Source: an uncultured Rickettsiales bacterium | GTDB lineage: Bacteria; Pseudomonadota; Alphaproteobacteria; Rickettsiales; CAZAGG01 | Direction: 5' to 3' | NCBI GenBank assembly: GCA_964484565.1 | Contig: CAZAGG010000006.1 | Coordinates: forward strand, 38,306-102,305 | Length of the DNA stretch: 64,000 nt | In this document: one piece after another, positions 47,912 through 56,192 of the stretch | Numbering within the stretch: position 1 is the stretch's first letter | Layout: the number at the start of each line of letters is the position of its first letter | The notes under the pieces: generated by a model | The model's input: the letters and a program-made list of their open reading frames with translations, nothing else | What the model was told of the DNA's origin: nothing | Database searches by the model: none | Position numbers and translations under genes: made by a program

Positions 47912-48601
47912 ATGAGAATATTGCTAGTTGAAGATGACGTCAGAATTTTAGAATACATCCAAAAAGGGCTTAAAGAATCTGGCCACTCAGTAGATGTTGC
48001 AAATAATGGAGAAGACGGCCTTCATCTAGCTGCGAGCGAGAAGTATGATGTTTTGATAATAGACAGAATGCTTCCCAAACTAGATGGTATATCGGTTATT
48101 GAGGAGCTAAGAGGAAGAGGAAGCTCACTCGGAATTCTGATTTTAAGCTCTCTATCTGATGTAGATGAAAGGGTGAAAGGCTTCCGCGCTGGAGGCGATG
48201 ATTATCTCATCAAACCATTTGCATTTGTAGAACTTCTGGCAAGGGTTGAGGCACTTGGCAAGAGATCGGTGATAAATTCAGTTAGTTCGTCTTCTGCAAA
48301 TACTATTTTGCGCGCAGCCGATATTGAGATGGATCTTTTAGCAAGAAGAGTAACTCGCTCAAATAATATAATTGAGCTGCAAAGCAGAGAATTCAAATTA
48401 TTAGAATATCTTCTCAAATTTAAAGGCCAATTAGTAACCCGCACAATGCTTTTAGAGGCAGTTTGGGAATATCATTTCGATCCACAAACCAGTGTGATTG
48501 ATGTTCATATTAGCAGGCTTCGAAAAAAACTAGGCGACAACAACGGCAGGATTATCAAAACAGTTCGTGGATCTGGATATATAGTTGATAGTAATGCCTA
48601 G
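47912..48601 (+). CDS. OmpR/PhoB-family response regulator
   Basis: Receiver domain (MRILLVEDD, phospho-acceptor DVLIIDRMLP, K in YLIKPF) plus a winged-helix C-terminus (TRTMLLEAVW...VIDVHISRLRKK...RGSGY). Confidence 0.9.
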   Translation: MRILLVEDDVRILEYIQKGLKESGHSVDVANNGEDGLHLAASEKYDVLIIDRMLPKLDGISVIEELRGRGSSLGILILSSLSDVDERVKGFRAGGDDYLIKPFAFVELLARVEALGKRSVINSVSSSSANTILRAADIEMDLLARRVTRSNNIIELQSREFKLLEYLLKFKGQLVTRTMLLEAVWEYHFDPQTSVIDVHISRLRKKLGDNNGRIIKTVRGSGYIVDSNA

Positions 48602-49952
48602 AAAATACACAGAAAGTTCTAGCTTCAAAATGGCAATGCTGTTTACCTTTATGCTTGGCATATCAGCAGGAATTTTGGGCTATCTATTGTATGATTTTGG
48701 CAGGCAAGATTTTTTAAGAGAAACAGAAGCCGCAATTGATGCTGAAATTAATGTTCTAAATGCTCTTAATATAGCTAACACAAATGAAATTGATAATTAT
48801 ATTGGGCAACGCAACATCCAAGATAGCGCTATATTTTATCGCTTTGAGTCAGAAGATGGAAAATGGAAAGCTGGAAATATTAAGAAACTGCCCGAAGATA
48901 TAAAAACCCTCAAAGAGGGCATTCTGCTCTTCAACTTAGATCACAACGGAACTAGCAAACAGTTAGCCGCTAAAATCAAAACTTTCTCGGATGGCTCAAA
49001 AATCGTAGTGGCTCGTGAAATAAATATTCTAAAGGCAAGCTATCAGCGTTTACAATATCTGAGCGTTCTGATTATGGTGCTTATGCTAATTGTCATATTT
49101 GTAAGTTATGGAATTAGCTATTTTGTAGTTAGCAGAATCAACCAAATTGCAAATACCGCACAAAATATTGTGAATACAGGCGACTTATCAAAGCGAATTT
49201 CTGTAGATACAACTTGGGATGATTTAAGCAATCTCGCGCAGACTTTAAACACTTTCTTAGAGCAGATCGAAAATCTGATGCTTGGAATCAAGGAAGTGAG
49301 CAATAACATCGCACATGACCTTAGAACACCTCTCACATCTTTGCGTAATGATATTGAAAGCCTTAAAGAAAAGTCGCTTAACAATGAAGATATAGATAAA
49401 ATTCTTCTGGAAGCCGATAGATTGCTCGCAATGTTTCAATCCCTCCTTCGTATAGCAAATATAGAAAAAGGAGCAATAGCAAGCTCATTTCAAGTTGTTG
49501 ATTTGGCAAGAATATTAAATGATGTTATTGAGTTATACGATCCTCTTGCGGAAGAGGCAGAGATTAATTTATTGGCAGAAATAGAAAACGAGATACACAT
49601 AATAGGAGAGGCAAATCTGCTTTTTCAATTGTTTGCTAATATTATTGATAACGCCATCAAATTTTCAGACAAAAAATCACAAATAAATATAAGAGCAATA
49701 TCAAATAATGGCAGAGTATTAATTGTTATCAATGATAACGGAATCGGCATTCCTGATAATGAAAAAGAAGCAGTATTTAAGCACTTTTACCGCACAGATA
49801 AAAGCCGCACCAAAGATGGATATGGTCTTGGCCTAAGCCTCGCAAAAGCAATCGTTGAGCGACATAACGGTATTATCTTATTAAAAGATTCAAAACCGCA
49901 AGGCCTTGAAGTTCATATTGAATTCAATGCATGCGAATCTAAAAAAGTATAG
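48594..49952 (+). CDS. sensor histidine kinase (2 TM, HAMP, HisKA, HATPase_c)
   Basis: H-box SNNIAHDLRTPLTSL, N-box NIIDNAIKFS, and G-boxes DNGIGIP / GYGLGLSLAK. The ATG at 48594 overlaps the regulator stop, while the track start is 48585. Confidence 0.85.
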   Translation: MPRKYTESSSFKMAMLFTFMLGISAGILGYLLYDFGRQDFLRETEAAIDAEINVLNALNIANTNEIDNYIGQRNIQDSAIFYRFESEDGKWKAGNIKKLPEDIKTLKEGILLFNLDHNGTSKQLAAKIKTFSDGSKIVVAREINILKASYQRLQYLSVLIMVLMLIVIFVSYGISYFVVSRINQIANTAQNIVNTGDLSKRISVDTTWDDLSNLAQTLNTFLEQIENLMLGIKEVSNNIAHDLRTPLTSLRNDIESLKEKSLNNEDIDKILLEADRLLAMFQSLLRIANIEKGAIASSFQVVDLARILNDVIELYDPLAEEAEINLLAEIENEIHIIGEANLLFQLFANIIDNAIKFSDKKSQINIRAISNNGRVLIVINDNGIGIPDNEKEAVFKHFYRTDKSRTKDGYGLGLSLAKAIVERHNGIILLKDSKPQGLEVHIEFNACESKKV

Positions 49953-49956
49953 TGCC

Positions 49957-51411
49957 TTATGAGAGCTTCTTCTTTAGTAGGTCGTTGAGGGTTGCAGGAT
50001 TTACTTTGCCGCCAGTTGCTTTCATAACCTGACCGACAAAGAAGCCAAATAGCTTGTCTTTACCCGACCTATATTCAGCAACTTTATCTGCATTAGCTGC
50101 AAGAACTTCATCAATTGCTTTTTCGATTGCAGATGAGTCTGTTACCTGTTTTAGCCCTTGCTCTTCAACTATTGATGATGCCTCTTTGCCAGACTCAATC
50201 ATCAATTCAAAAACCTGCTTCGCAATTTTACCTGAAATTGTATTATCTTTGATTAAATCAAGCAGGCCAACCATTTTCTGTGGTGAAATCGGAGAGCTAT
50301 TTATATCAAGCCCGGCTTTGTTGAGATACGCAAATAGCTCGCCAGTAATCCAGTTAGACGCTAGTTTTGCATCGTGCTTTGCTGCAACTACATCAAAATA
50401 TTCTGCAATTTCTTGCTCTGAAACTATTACACTTGCATCGTAAGCGGAAAGCCCCATGTTTTCGATGTAACGCTTCTTCTTTTGATCTGGCAGCTCTGGG
50501 AGCGTCTTTCTAATTCCGTCGATAAACTCATCGGTTAACACTAGTGGCAGTAGATCTGGATCGGGAAAATAACGATAGTCATGCGCATCTTCTTTGCTTC
50601 GCATGGTTCGAGTTTCGCCTTTTGAAGTATCAAACAGTCGTGTTTCCTGATCAATCGTTCCGCCGCTTTCAATAACTGATATTTGTCTTTCAACTTCAAA
50701 TTCGATTGCTTTAGTCATAAAGCGAACAGAGTTCAGGTTTTTAATTTCAACCCTTGTTCCGAATGGTTCATTTGGCCTTCTGACAGAAACGTTAGCATCA
50801 CACCTTAGAGATCCTTTCTCCATATCTCCATCGCATGTTCCTAAATAGCGAAGGATTGAGCGTAACTTTCTTATATAAGCTGCGGCCTCTTCCGCACTTC
50901 TTATATCTGGCTCTGAAACAATCTCCATAAGGGCAATTCCAGAACGATTTAAGTCTATGAATGTATATTTTGGACTATGTTCGTGAAGGCTTTTTCCTGC
51001 ATCTTGCTCTAGATGAAGGCGAGTAATTTTGATTTCTTTAGTCACCCCCCCCGCAAGGTCTATTTCAATGACACCATTTCCAACGATTGGTTCGTATAAC
51101 TGTGATATCTGATAACCTTGCGGCAAATCAGGATAAAAATAATTCTTCCTATCAAAAATAGATGTTTTGTTAATCTCGGCGTTTAATCCCAAGCCTGTTT
51201 TAACGGCTTGCTGAACGCAGAACTTATTAATTACAGGCAGCACGCCTGGTAATGCAGCATCTACCAATGAAACTTGCGAATTCGGTTCTCCACCAAACTC
51301 TGTAGATGCGCCTGAAAATAACTTAGAATTTGAAGAAACCTGTGCGTGTACTTCAAGTCCTATAACCACCTCCCACATTCCTGTGGAGCCTTTTACCAAA
51401 TTGTCATTCAT
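49957..51411 (-). CDS. gatB: Asp-tRNA(Asn)/Glu-tRNA(Gln) amidotransferase subunit B
   Basis: [14 protein letters not shown]-terminus, [15 protein letters not shown] and CDANVSVR blocks, and the C-terminal YqeY-like tail. Confidence 0.95.
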   Translation of the reverse strand: MNDNLVKGSTGMWEVVIGLEVHAQVSSNSKLFSGASTEFGGEPNSQVSLVDAALPGVLPVINKFCVQQAVKTGLGLNAEINKTSIFDRKNYFYPDLPQGYQISQLYEPIVGNGVIEIDLAGGVTKEIKITRLHLEQDAGKSLHEHSPKYTFIDLNRSGIALMEIVSEPDIRSAEEAAAYIRKLRSILRYLGTCDGDMEKGSLRCDANVSVRRPNEPFGTRVEIKNLNSVRFMTKAIEFEVERQISVIESGGTIDQETRLFDTSKGETRTMRSKEDAHDYRYFPDPDLLPLVLTDEFIDGIRKTLPELPDQKKKRYIENMGLSAYDASVIVSEQEIAEYFDVVAAKHDAKLASNWITGELFAYLNKAGLDINSSPISPQKMVGLLDLIKDNTISGKIAKQVFELMIESGKEASSIVEEQGLKQVTDSSAIEKAIDEVLAANADKVAEYRSGKDKLFGFFVGQVMKATGGKVNPATLNDLLKKKLS

Positions 51412-51476
51412 ATGCTTTAATTTAATTATGTTTTGATAATAAGTGTTATATCAGCCAAAAAATGCTTATTACAATA

Positions 51477-52265
51477 TTATTTGACGAAAATATGTCTAAC
51501 ATCTTTTGCGAGGCCTGATGAATCATCTGTTTCTAGATAAAGAGCTGAAAATGTCCCCTCACCTTCGGATGGCTTCATTCTCTCTGATTGTTTTGATTTT
51601 TCCGTAAACTGAGCTAGGGGTATTTTGTAATCCCAACCGATTATTGTGTTGTCGTAATCTCCACACATCCCTACATCGGTGATATATCCTGTGCCCGCTC
51701 TTAGGATTTTCGCATCCGCCGTTGGAATGTGAGTATGAGTGCCAAAAACAGCCGAGACTTTTCCATCAAGATAGACGCCCATTGCCGTTTTTTCAGAAGT
51801 TGCTTCTGCATGAAAATCAACGATTATGGCTTTAAGTGAGGCTTGCTTGTGTCGGGCAATTTCGTTTGTAATTGCCGCGAATGGATCATCTACATTATCT
51901 TTTATAAAAACCTGCCCTAGAGCATGAATTATCAATACACTTCCCTTTGTGGTATCTAATATAATTGAGCCATTTCCTGCATTAGATGTTGGGTAATTTA
52001 TTGGTCTAAGCAGACGTTTTTCATTTTCTAAAAGTTGTTTTGCTTCTTTCTGATCCCATACGTGGTCTCCGCCAGTTAATACATCTGCACCATAATCAAA
52101 CAGGTCTTTAACCGAGCTTGAACTAGAACCCCACCCCGCCGCAGAATTATCACTGTTTACAATCGCAATATCTATATCCATATCTCTTTTGATATTTGCA
52201 AGATGCTTCTTTACTGCATCTCTGCCGCTTCTTCCTACTACATCGCCACATAAAAGAAATTTCAC
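51477..52265 (-). CDS. YmdB-family metallophosphoesterase (TIGR00282)
   Basis: MKFLLCGDVVGRSGR N-terminus, NSDNSAAG, GDHVWD, DFHAEATSEK and GTHTHIPTAD metal-ligand blocks. Confidence 0.85.
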   Translation of the reverse strand: MKFLLCGDVVGRSGRDAVKKHLANIKRDMDIDIAIVNSDNSAAGWGSSSSSVKDLFDYGADVLTGGDHVWDQKEAKQLLENEKRLLRPINYPTSNAGNGSIILDTTKGSVLIIHALGQVFIKDNVDDPFAAITNEIARHKQASLKAIIVDFHAEATSEKTAMGVYLDGKVSAVFGTHTHIPTADAKILRAGTGYITDVGMCGDYDNTIIGWDYKIPLAQFTEKSKQSERMKPSEGEGTFSALYLETDDSSGLAKDVRHIFVK

Positions 52266-52274
52266 GAATACCTT

Positions 52275-52661
52275 CTAACTCTTATAAAAATTTAGAGAGG
52301 CAGAATTTATACAATACCTTAAACCTGTTGGCTTTGGACCATCTTCAAAAACGTGGCCTAAATGCGCTTTGCAGCTTGAGCAAACCACTTCTACTCTAAC
52401 CATGCCATGAGATATATCATTTAATTCTGTAATAGCCTTATCATTAACGGGACTGAAAAAACTCGGCCATCCACTGCCAGAATCATATTTACTGCTTGAT
52501 TCAAATAGTGGTGCATCACATGCAACGCAAGTATAGATGCCATTTTCATAATGACTATTATATTTGCCAGAGAAGGCAGGTTCGGTTGCTTTGTTCCAGC
52601 ATACGGCATATTGCAAAGGGTCGAGGTGCGATTTCAAGTCTTTTTCGTCAATATCGGTCAT
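52275..52661 (-). CDS. msrB: peptide-methionine (R)-S-oxide reductase
   Basis: [28 protein letters not shown] and the catalytic RYCINS, with two CxxC zinc pairs. Confidence 0.95.
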   Translation of the reverse strand: MTDIDEKDLKSHLDPLQYAVCWNKATEPAFSGKYNSHYENGIYTCVACDAPLFESSSKYDSGSGWPSFFSPVNDKAITELNDISHGMVRVEVVCSSCKAHLGHVFEDGPKPTGLRYCINSASLNFYKS

Positions 52662-52831
52662 GTGACTAATCCCTGCTCTGTAGATGGCAATTGTTCATAA
52701 CTTCTATATTTGTACACCAAATAGAGAAAAATTTAACTATTTTATGGATTGCCGCTTGTCGTTTAATTCCAAGTGTTGTAATTTGGTGTGAGGTGATTTA
52801 ATCGATAGAAAAAAGCAAAGCGGGGGCATTC

Positions 52832-54424
52832 ATGACACTTAACATTCATCTTCCTGGAAAAATGCAAAATTTGCGTCCTGTAATTACAGTTGTGGGAGTC
52901 GGCGGCGCAGGCGGAAATGCGGTGAACAATATGATTGCCTCAAATCTTGAAGGCGTTAATTTCGTTGTTGCCAATACAGATGCCCAAGCCTTAGAGCATT
53001 CTTTGTGCGATAAAAGAGTTCAGCTAGGTGCTGCAACCACTCAAGGTCTTGGTGCTGGAGCTGCCCCTGACGTTGGCAGAATTTCCGCTGAAGAATCAAT
53101 GGATGAACTTGAGGGCTGCGTTCTTGGCAGCAATATGCTCTTCATCACAGCGGGAATGGGCGGTGGAACAGGAACGGGTGCCGCACCTGTTATTGCTAAA
53201 CTCGCTAAAGATAATGGAATTTTAACTGTTGGTGTTGTTACAAAGCCATTCCATTTCGAAGGCCATCACCGTATGCGCCTTGCAGACTCTGGAATAGCCG
53301 AACTTCAAAAATATGTAGATACTCTCATAGTTATACCTAATCAAAACCTATTCAGAATCGCAAATGAGCGCACAACATTTGCAGATGCTTTCAAAATGGC
53401 CGATGATGTTCTTCATGCTGGTGTGCGTGGAATTACCGATCTTATGATAATGCCAGGGCTTATCAATCTCGACTTTGCGGATATTAGAACCGTAATGAGC
53501 GAGATGGGCAAAGCAATGATGGGTACGGGTGAGGCAGAGGGCGATCGTCGCTCGATAGATGCTGCGGAAGCTGCAATTTCAAATCCACTCTTAGACGAAA
53601 TATCAATGAAGGGTGCGAGAGGCGTTTTAATTAACATTACAGGTGGCCCAGACTTGACCTTGTTTGAGGTTGATGAAGCTGCAAATAGAATTCGCGAAGA
53701 AGTTGATCCTGATGCAAACATCATTTTTGGTTCAACGTTCAACAAAGATATGACAGGAAAGCTGAGAGTTTCAGTTGTTGCAACTGGAATAGAATCTCAA
53801 AAATTTAAAGAGCAAATGGCAGCAGCCAATATGAAAGCGATGAATAATGCTGCAAATAACACCGCTTCCCCTGAAAAAAGAGGAATTGGAATATTTTCAT
53901 CTACAGCTCCTAAGCAGCCTTCAGCCGCCCAAACGGCAGCAACTGCAAGTGTTGCATCATCAATGAATGGTGATATGAATGCTCAGACTCAACCAGTCAA
54001 TCAACCTCAAGGGCAGGCAGCTACACAAAGTGTTGCAGCGTCAGGCCAAAAGGTTCAATTGTCTATTGAAGATCCATCTTTTACAAATGCGAAAGCTGAG
54101 TCGCAGTTTTCAATGAATTCGGCTCTTGATTCTTCAGGAATGGAAGCTAGAAACTCACAGCCACAGCCTAGAAAAGAAGAAAGAGCAAATGCTCCGCTAA
54201 GACCTGAACGACCTGTTCCAAATCAATCTCAGCAAGGAAATAGTGCGATGAGCTTCTTCCAAAAGATTGGCCTTACCAAACCTGTTTCTCCTCAGAAATC
54301 AGAGGGCAAAGCTCGTGATCCTCGCATTTCTCAGACTGGAGATACTGCTGTTAAGATGCGTCCAAGTGATGAAGATTACCTTGAGGTTCCCGCATTTTTA
54401 AGGCGTCAATCAAACCAAGATTAG
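52832..54424 (+). CDS. ftsZ: cell division protein FtsZ (long disordered linker)
   Basis: [13 protein letters not shown], tubulin signature [22 protein letters not shown], a Q/A/S-rich linker and the C-terminal peptide [12 protein letters not shown]. Confidence 0.97.
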   Translation: MTLNIHLPGKMQNLRPVITVVGVGGAGGNAVNNMIASNLEGVNFVVANTDAQALEHSLCDKRVQLGAATTQGLGAGAAPDVGRISAEESMDELEGCVLGSNMLFITAGMGGGTGTGAAPVIAKLAKDNGILTVGVVTKPFHFEGHHRMRLADSGIAELQKYVDTLIVIPNQNLFRIANERTTFADAFKMADDVLHAGVRGITDLMIMPGLINLDFADIRTVMSEMGKAMMGTGEAEGDRRSIDAAEAAISNPLLDEISMKGARGVLINITGGPDLTLFEVDEAANRIREEVDPDANIIFGSTFNKDMTGKLRVSVVATGIESQKFKEQMAAANMKAMNNAANNTASPEKRGIGIFSSTAPKQPSAAQTAATASVASSMNGDMNAQTQPVNQPQGQAATQSVAASGQKVQLSIEDPSFTNAKAESQFSMNSALDSSGMEARNSQPQPRKEERANAPLRPERPVPNQSQQGNSAMSFFQKIGLTKPVSPQKSEGKARDPRISQTGDTAVKMRPSDEDYLEVPAFLRRQSNQD

Positions 54425-55185
54425 TGGAATTTAAGGTGGTTAGCCAGATTCTCAAGAAGTTTTTAGGCGCAAGTGATTCTAAATCTGACAAATCAGGTAT
54501 AGACTATGAAGGCTTTTGGGATGGATATGCAAAAAGATGGGCACCGTTTCAAAGCGATCAAAAGTATATAGGCGATGAGTGGGCAGGCGTAAATGCAGGT
54601 GCTGCAAAGTCAATTGATGAATATAAGGGCATAATTGAAAACTCTTTCATCAAGCCATATATAACCTCACAAGATAGCGTTATAGAACTTGGAATTGGTG
54701 GGGGCAGAACAGCCGAGATCCTTCTAAAATACTGCAAGAAATTACTTTGCTGCGATATATCTTCTGAAATGATAAACGCAACCCGCGATAGACTTATGGG
54801 AAAGCCAATTGACTTTTATAAAATAGAAAATGGCAACCTTTCAGGTATCGCCAAAAACTCAGCCGATGTATTTTTCAGTTATGATAGCATGGTGCACATT
54901 GAGCCACGCGATATTTATAATTACCTTGTGCAAATTCCCACATTAATGAAACAGGATGGAAAAAGACTATGCATCTTCCATCATAGTAATGTTTTGTCTG
55001 AACTTGGATTCAAAAAATTTCTAAGCGAGTATAAAGAGAATCTAATGGGCAACAGAAGCGGTGGTGCGTTTTCAGTTATGACCGACTCCATTATGGAAAA
55101 ATTCCTTTCTGAAATAGGTTATAGCGTTATTCTTAAGGATACCACAACAGTTCCGCGTGACTGTGTTTGGGTATGTAAAATTTAA
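54424..55185 (+). CDS. class I SAM-dependent methyltransferase
   Basis: Motif I VIELGIGGGRTA and an acidic post-I CCDIS. The GTG start overlaps the ftsZ stop by 1 nt. Confidence 0.7.
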   Translation: MEFKVVSQILKKFLGASDSKSDKSGIDYEGFWDGYAKRWAPFQSDQKYIGDEWAGVNAGAAKSIDEYKGIIENSFIKPYITSQDSVIELGIGGGRTAEILLKYCKKLLCCDISSEMINATRDRLMGKPIDFYKIENGNLSGIAKNSADVFFSYDSMVHIEPRDIYNYLVQIPTLMKQDGKRLCIFHHSNVLSELGFKKFLSEYKENLMGNRSGGAFSVMTDSIMEKFLSEIGYSVILKDTTTVPRDCVWVCKI

Positions 55186-55291
55186 ATATTCAGCTTGGCT
55201 CTATTGTTGAACATTTTTTATTGGAAAAGCCAATTTACATCTTGACTTTAACCCCAAAAATACAGATAACTCTCTTCTCTCTTTTTATTGC

Positions 55292-55368
55292 GGGGGTGTA
55301 GCTCAGTTGGTTAGAGCGTTGCCCTGTCACGGCAAAGGCCGCGGGTTCGAGTCCCGTCACTCCCGCCA
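55292..55368 (+). tRNA. tRNA-Asp (anticodon GTC), CCA encoded
   Basis: Acceptor GGGGGTG/CACTCCC (one G-U pair), D arm TAGCTCAGTTGGTTAGAGC, anticodon loop CCTGTCAC, T arm GCGGGTTCGAGTCCCGT, discriminator G then CCA. Confidence 0.95.
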
Positions 55369-55471
55369 ATTTATCATCTTAAAACATCCAAAATAATCAT
55401 AAAACACTAAGAAAATCAAGGCTTGCATAAAGTTTGCAGTCTTAAGTCGTCTTGCTATGTCTATTGACATC

Positions 55472-55531
55472 TGGGGGTACTTGGGGGTACTATTGGGGGT
55501 ACTTAATTCAAGCTATTAAAAAGTACCCCCA
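55472..55531. repeat. cluster of TGGGGGTAC repeats (3 direct plus 1 inverted) just upstream of the integrase remnant
   Basis: TGGGGGTAC at 55472-55480, 55482-55490 and 55495-55503. The inverted copy GTACCCCCA is at 55523-55531, 2 nt before the integrase ATG. Confidence 0.7.
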
Positions 55532-55533
55532 AA

Positions 55534-56156
55534 ATGGCTTTAACTGAAATTAGTGCAAGGAATGCGCAAGTTAAGGATAAGCAATATAAGCTATCTGATT
55601 CAGACGGCATGTATTTGCTGATAAAACCCAACGGCGGCAAATATTGGCGATTAAAATACAGATATGCAGGGAAAGAAAAAATATACGCGCTGGGAGTATA
55701 TCCTGAAACAAGTTTAAAAAAGGCAAGAGAATTAAAAGACGAAATACGAATTAAGCTCAGAAACAATATAGACCCAACATCCGAGAGGAAAAATCAAAAG
55801 CAACAAGCTATACTCAATTCTGAAAATAACTTTGAGGCTATAGCCTTAGAATGGTTGGGCAAGCAAGACGATAGATGGACAGAAAAGCACATAAAAGCCA
55901 CTAAGAAGCGAATGGAGGCTAATTTATTCCCTTTCATAGGTAAACGACCAATTAAAGACATAACCGCCCTCATTCATTCAGACATACATTGGTAAGATTT
56001 GCAGAAAGGCAAAGCCCTGAATTTTTAAATGCCGTAAGACAATCATTAGGGCATAGCTCAATTAACACAACTTTTCAAAGTTATGGGCAGCTTTCAACCG
56101 ATGAACAGCGCAACAGAATTTCAAGCCTTAACTTTGATTCTGGTAATAAAAATTAG
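55534..56156 (+). pseudogene. P4-type tyrosine integrase, internally deleted and frameshifted remnant
   Basis: The N-terminal 153 aa carry the DUF4102 arm-binding domain (KLSDSDGMYLLIKPNGGKYWRLKYRYAGKEKIYALGVYPETSLKKARE) and then hit a stop at 55993. A different frame (55992-56156) encodes only the recombinase C-terminal tail (QSLGHSSINTTFQSYGQLS). The catalytic core of roughly 200 aa is missing. It lies next to the tRNA-Asp 3' end. Confidence 0.8.
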
Positions 56157-56192
56157 CTTCAAAAAATCTAATTGTTGGTTATGTTGTAAAGC

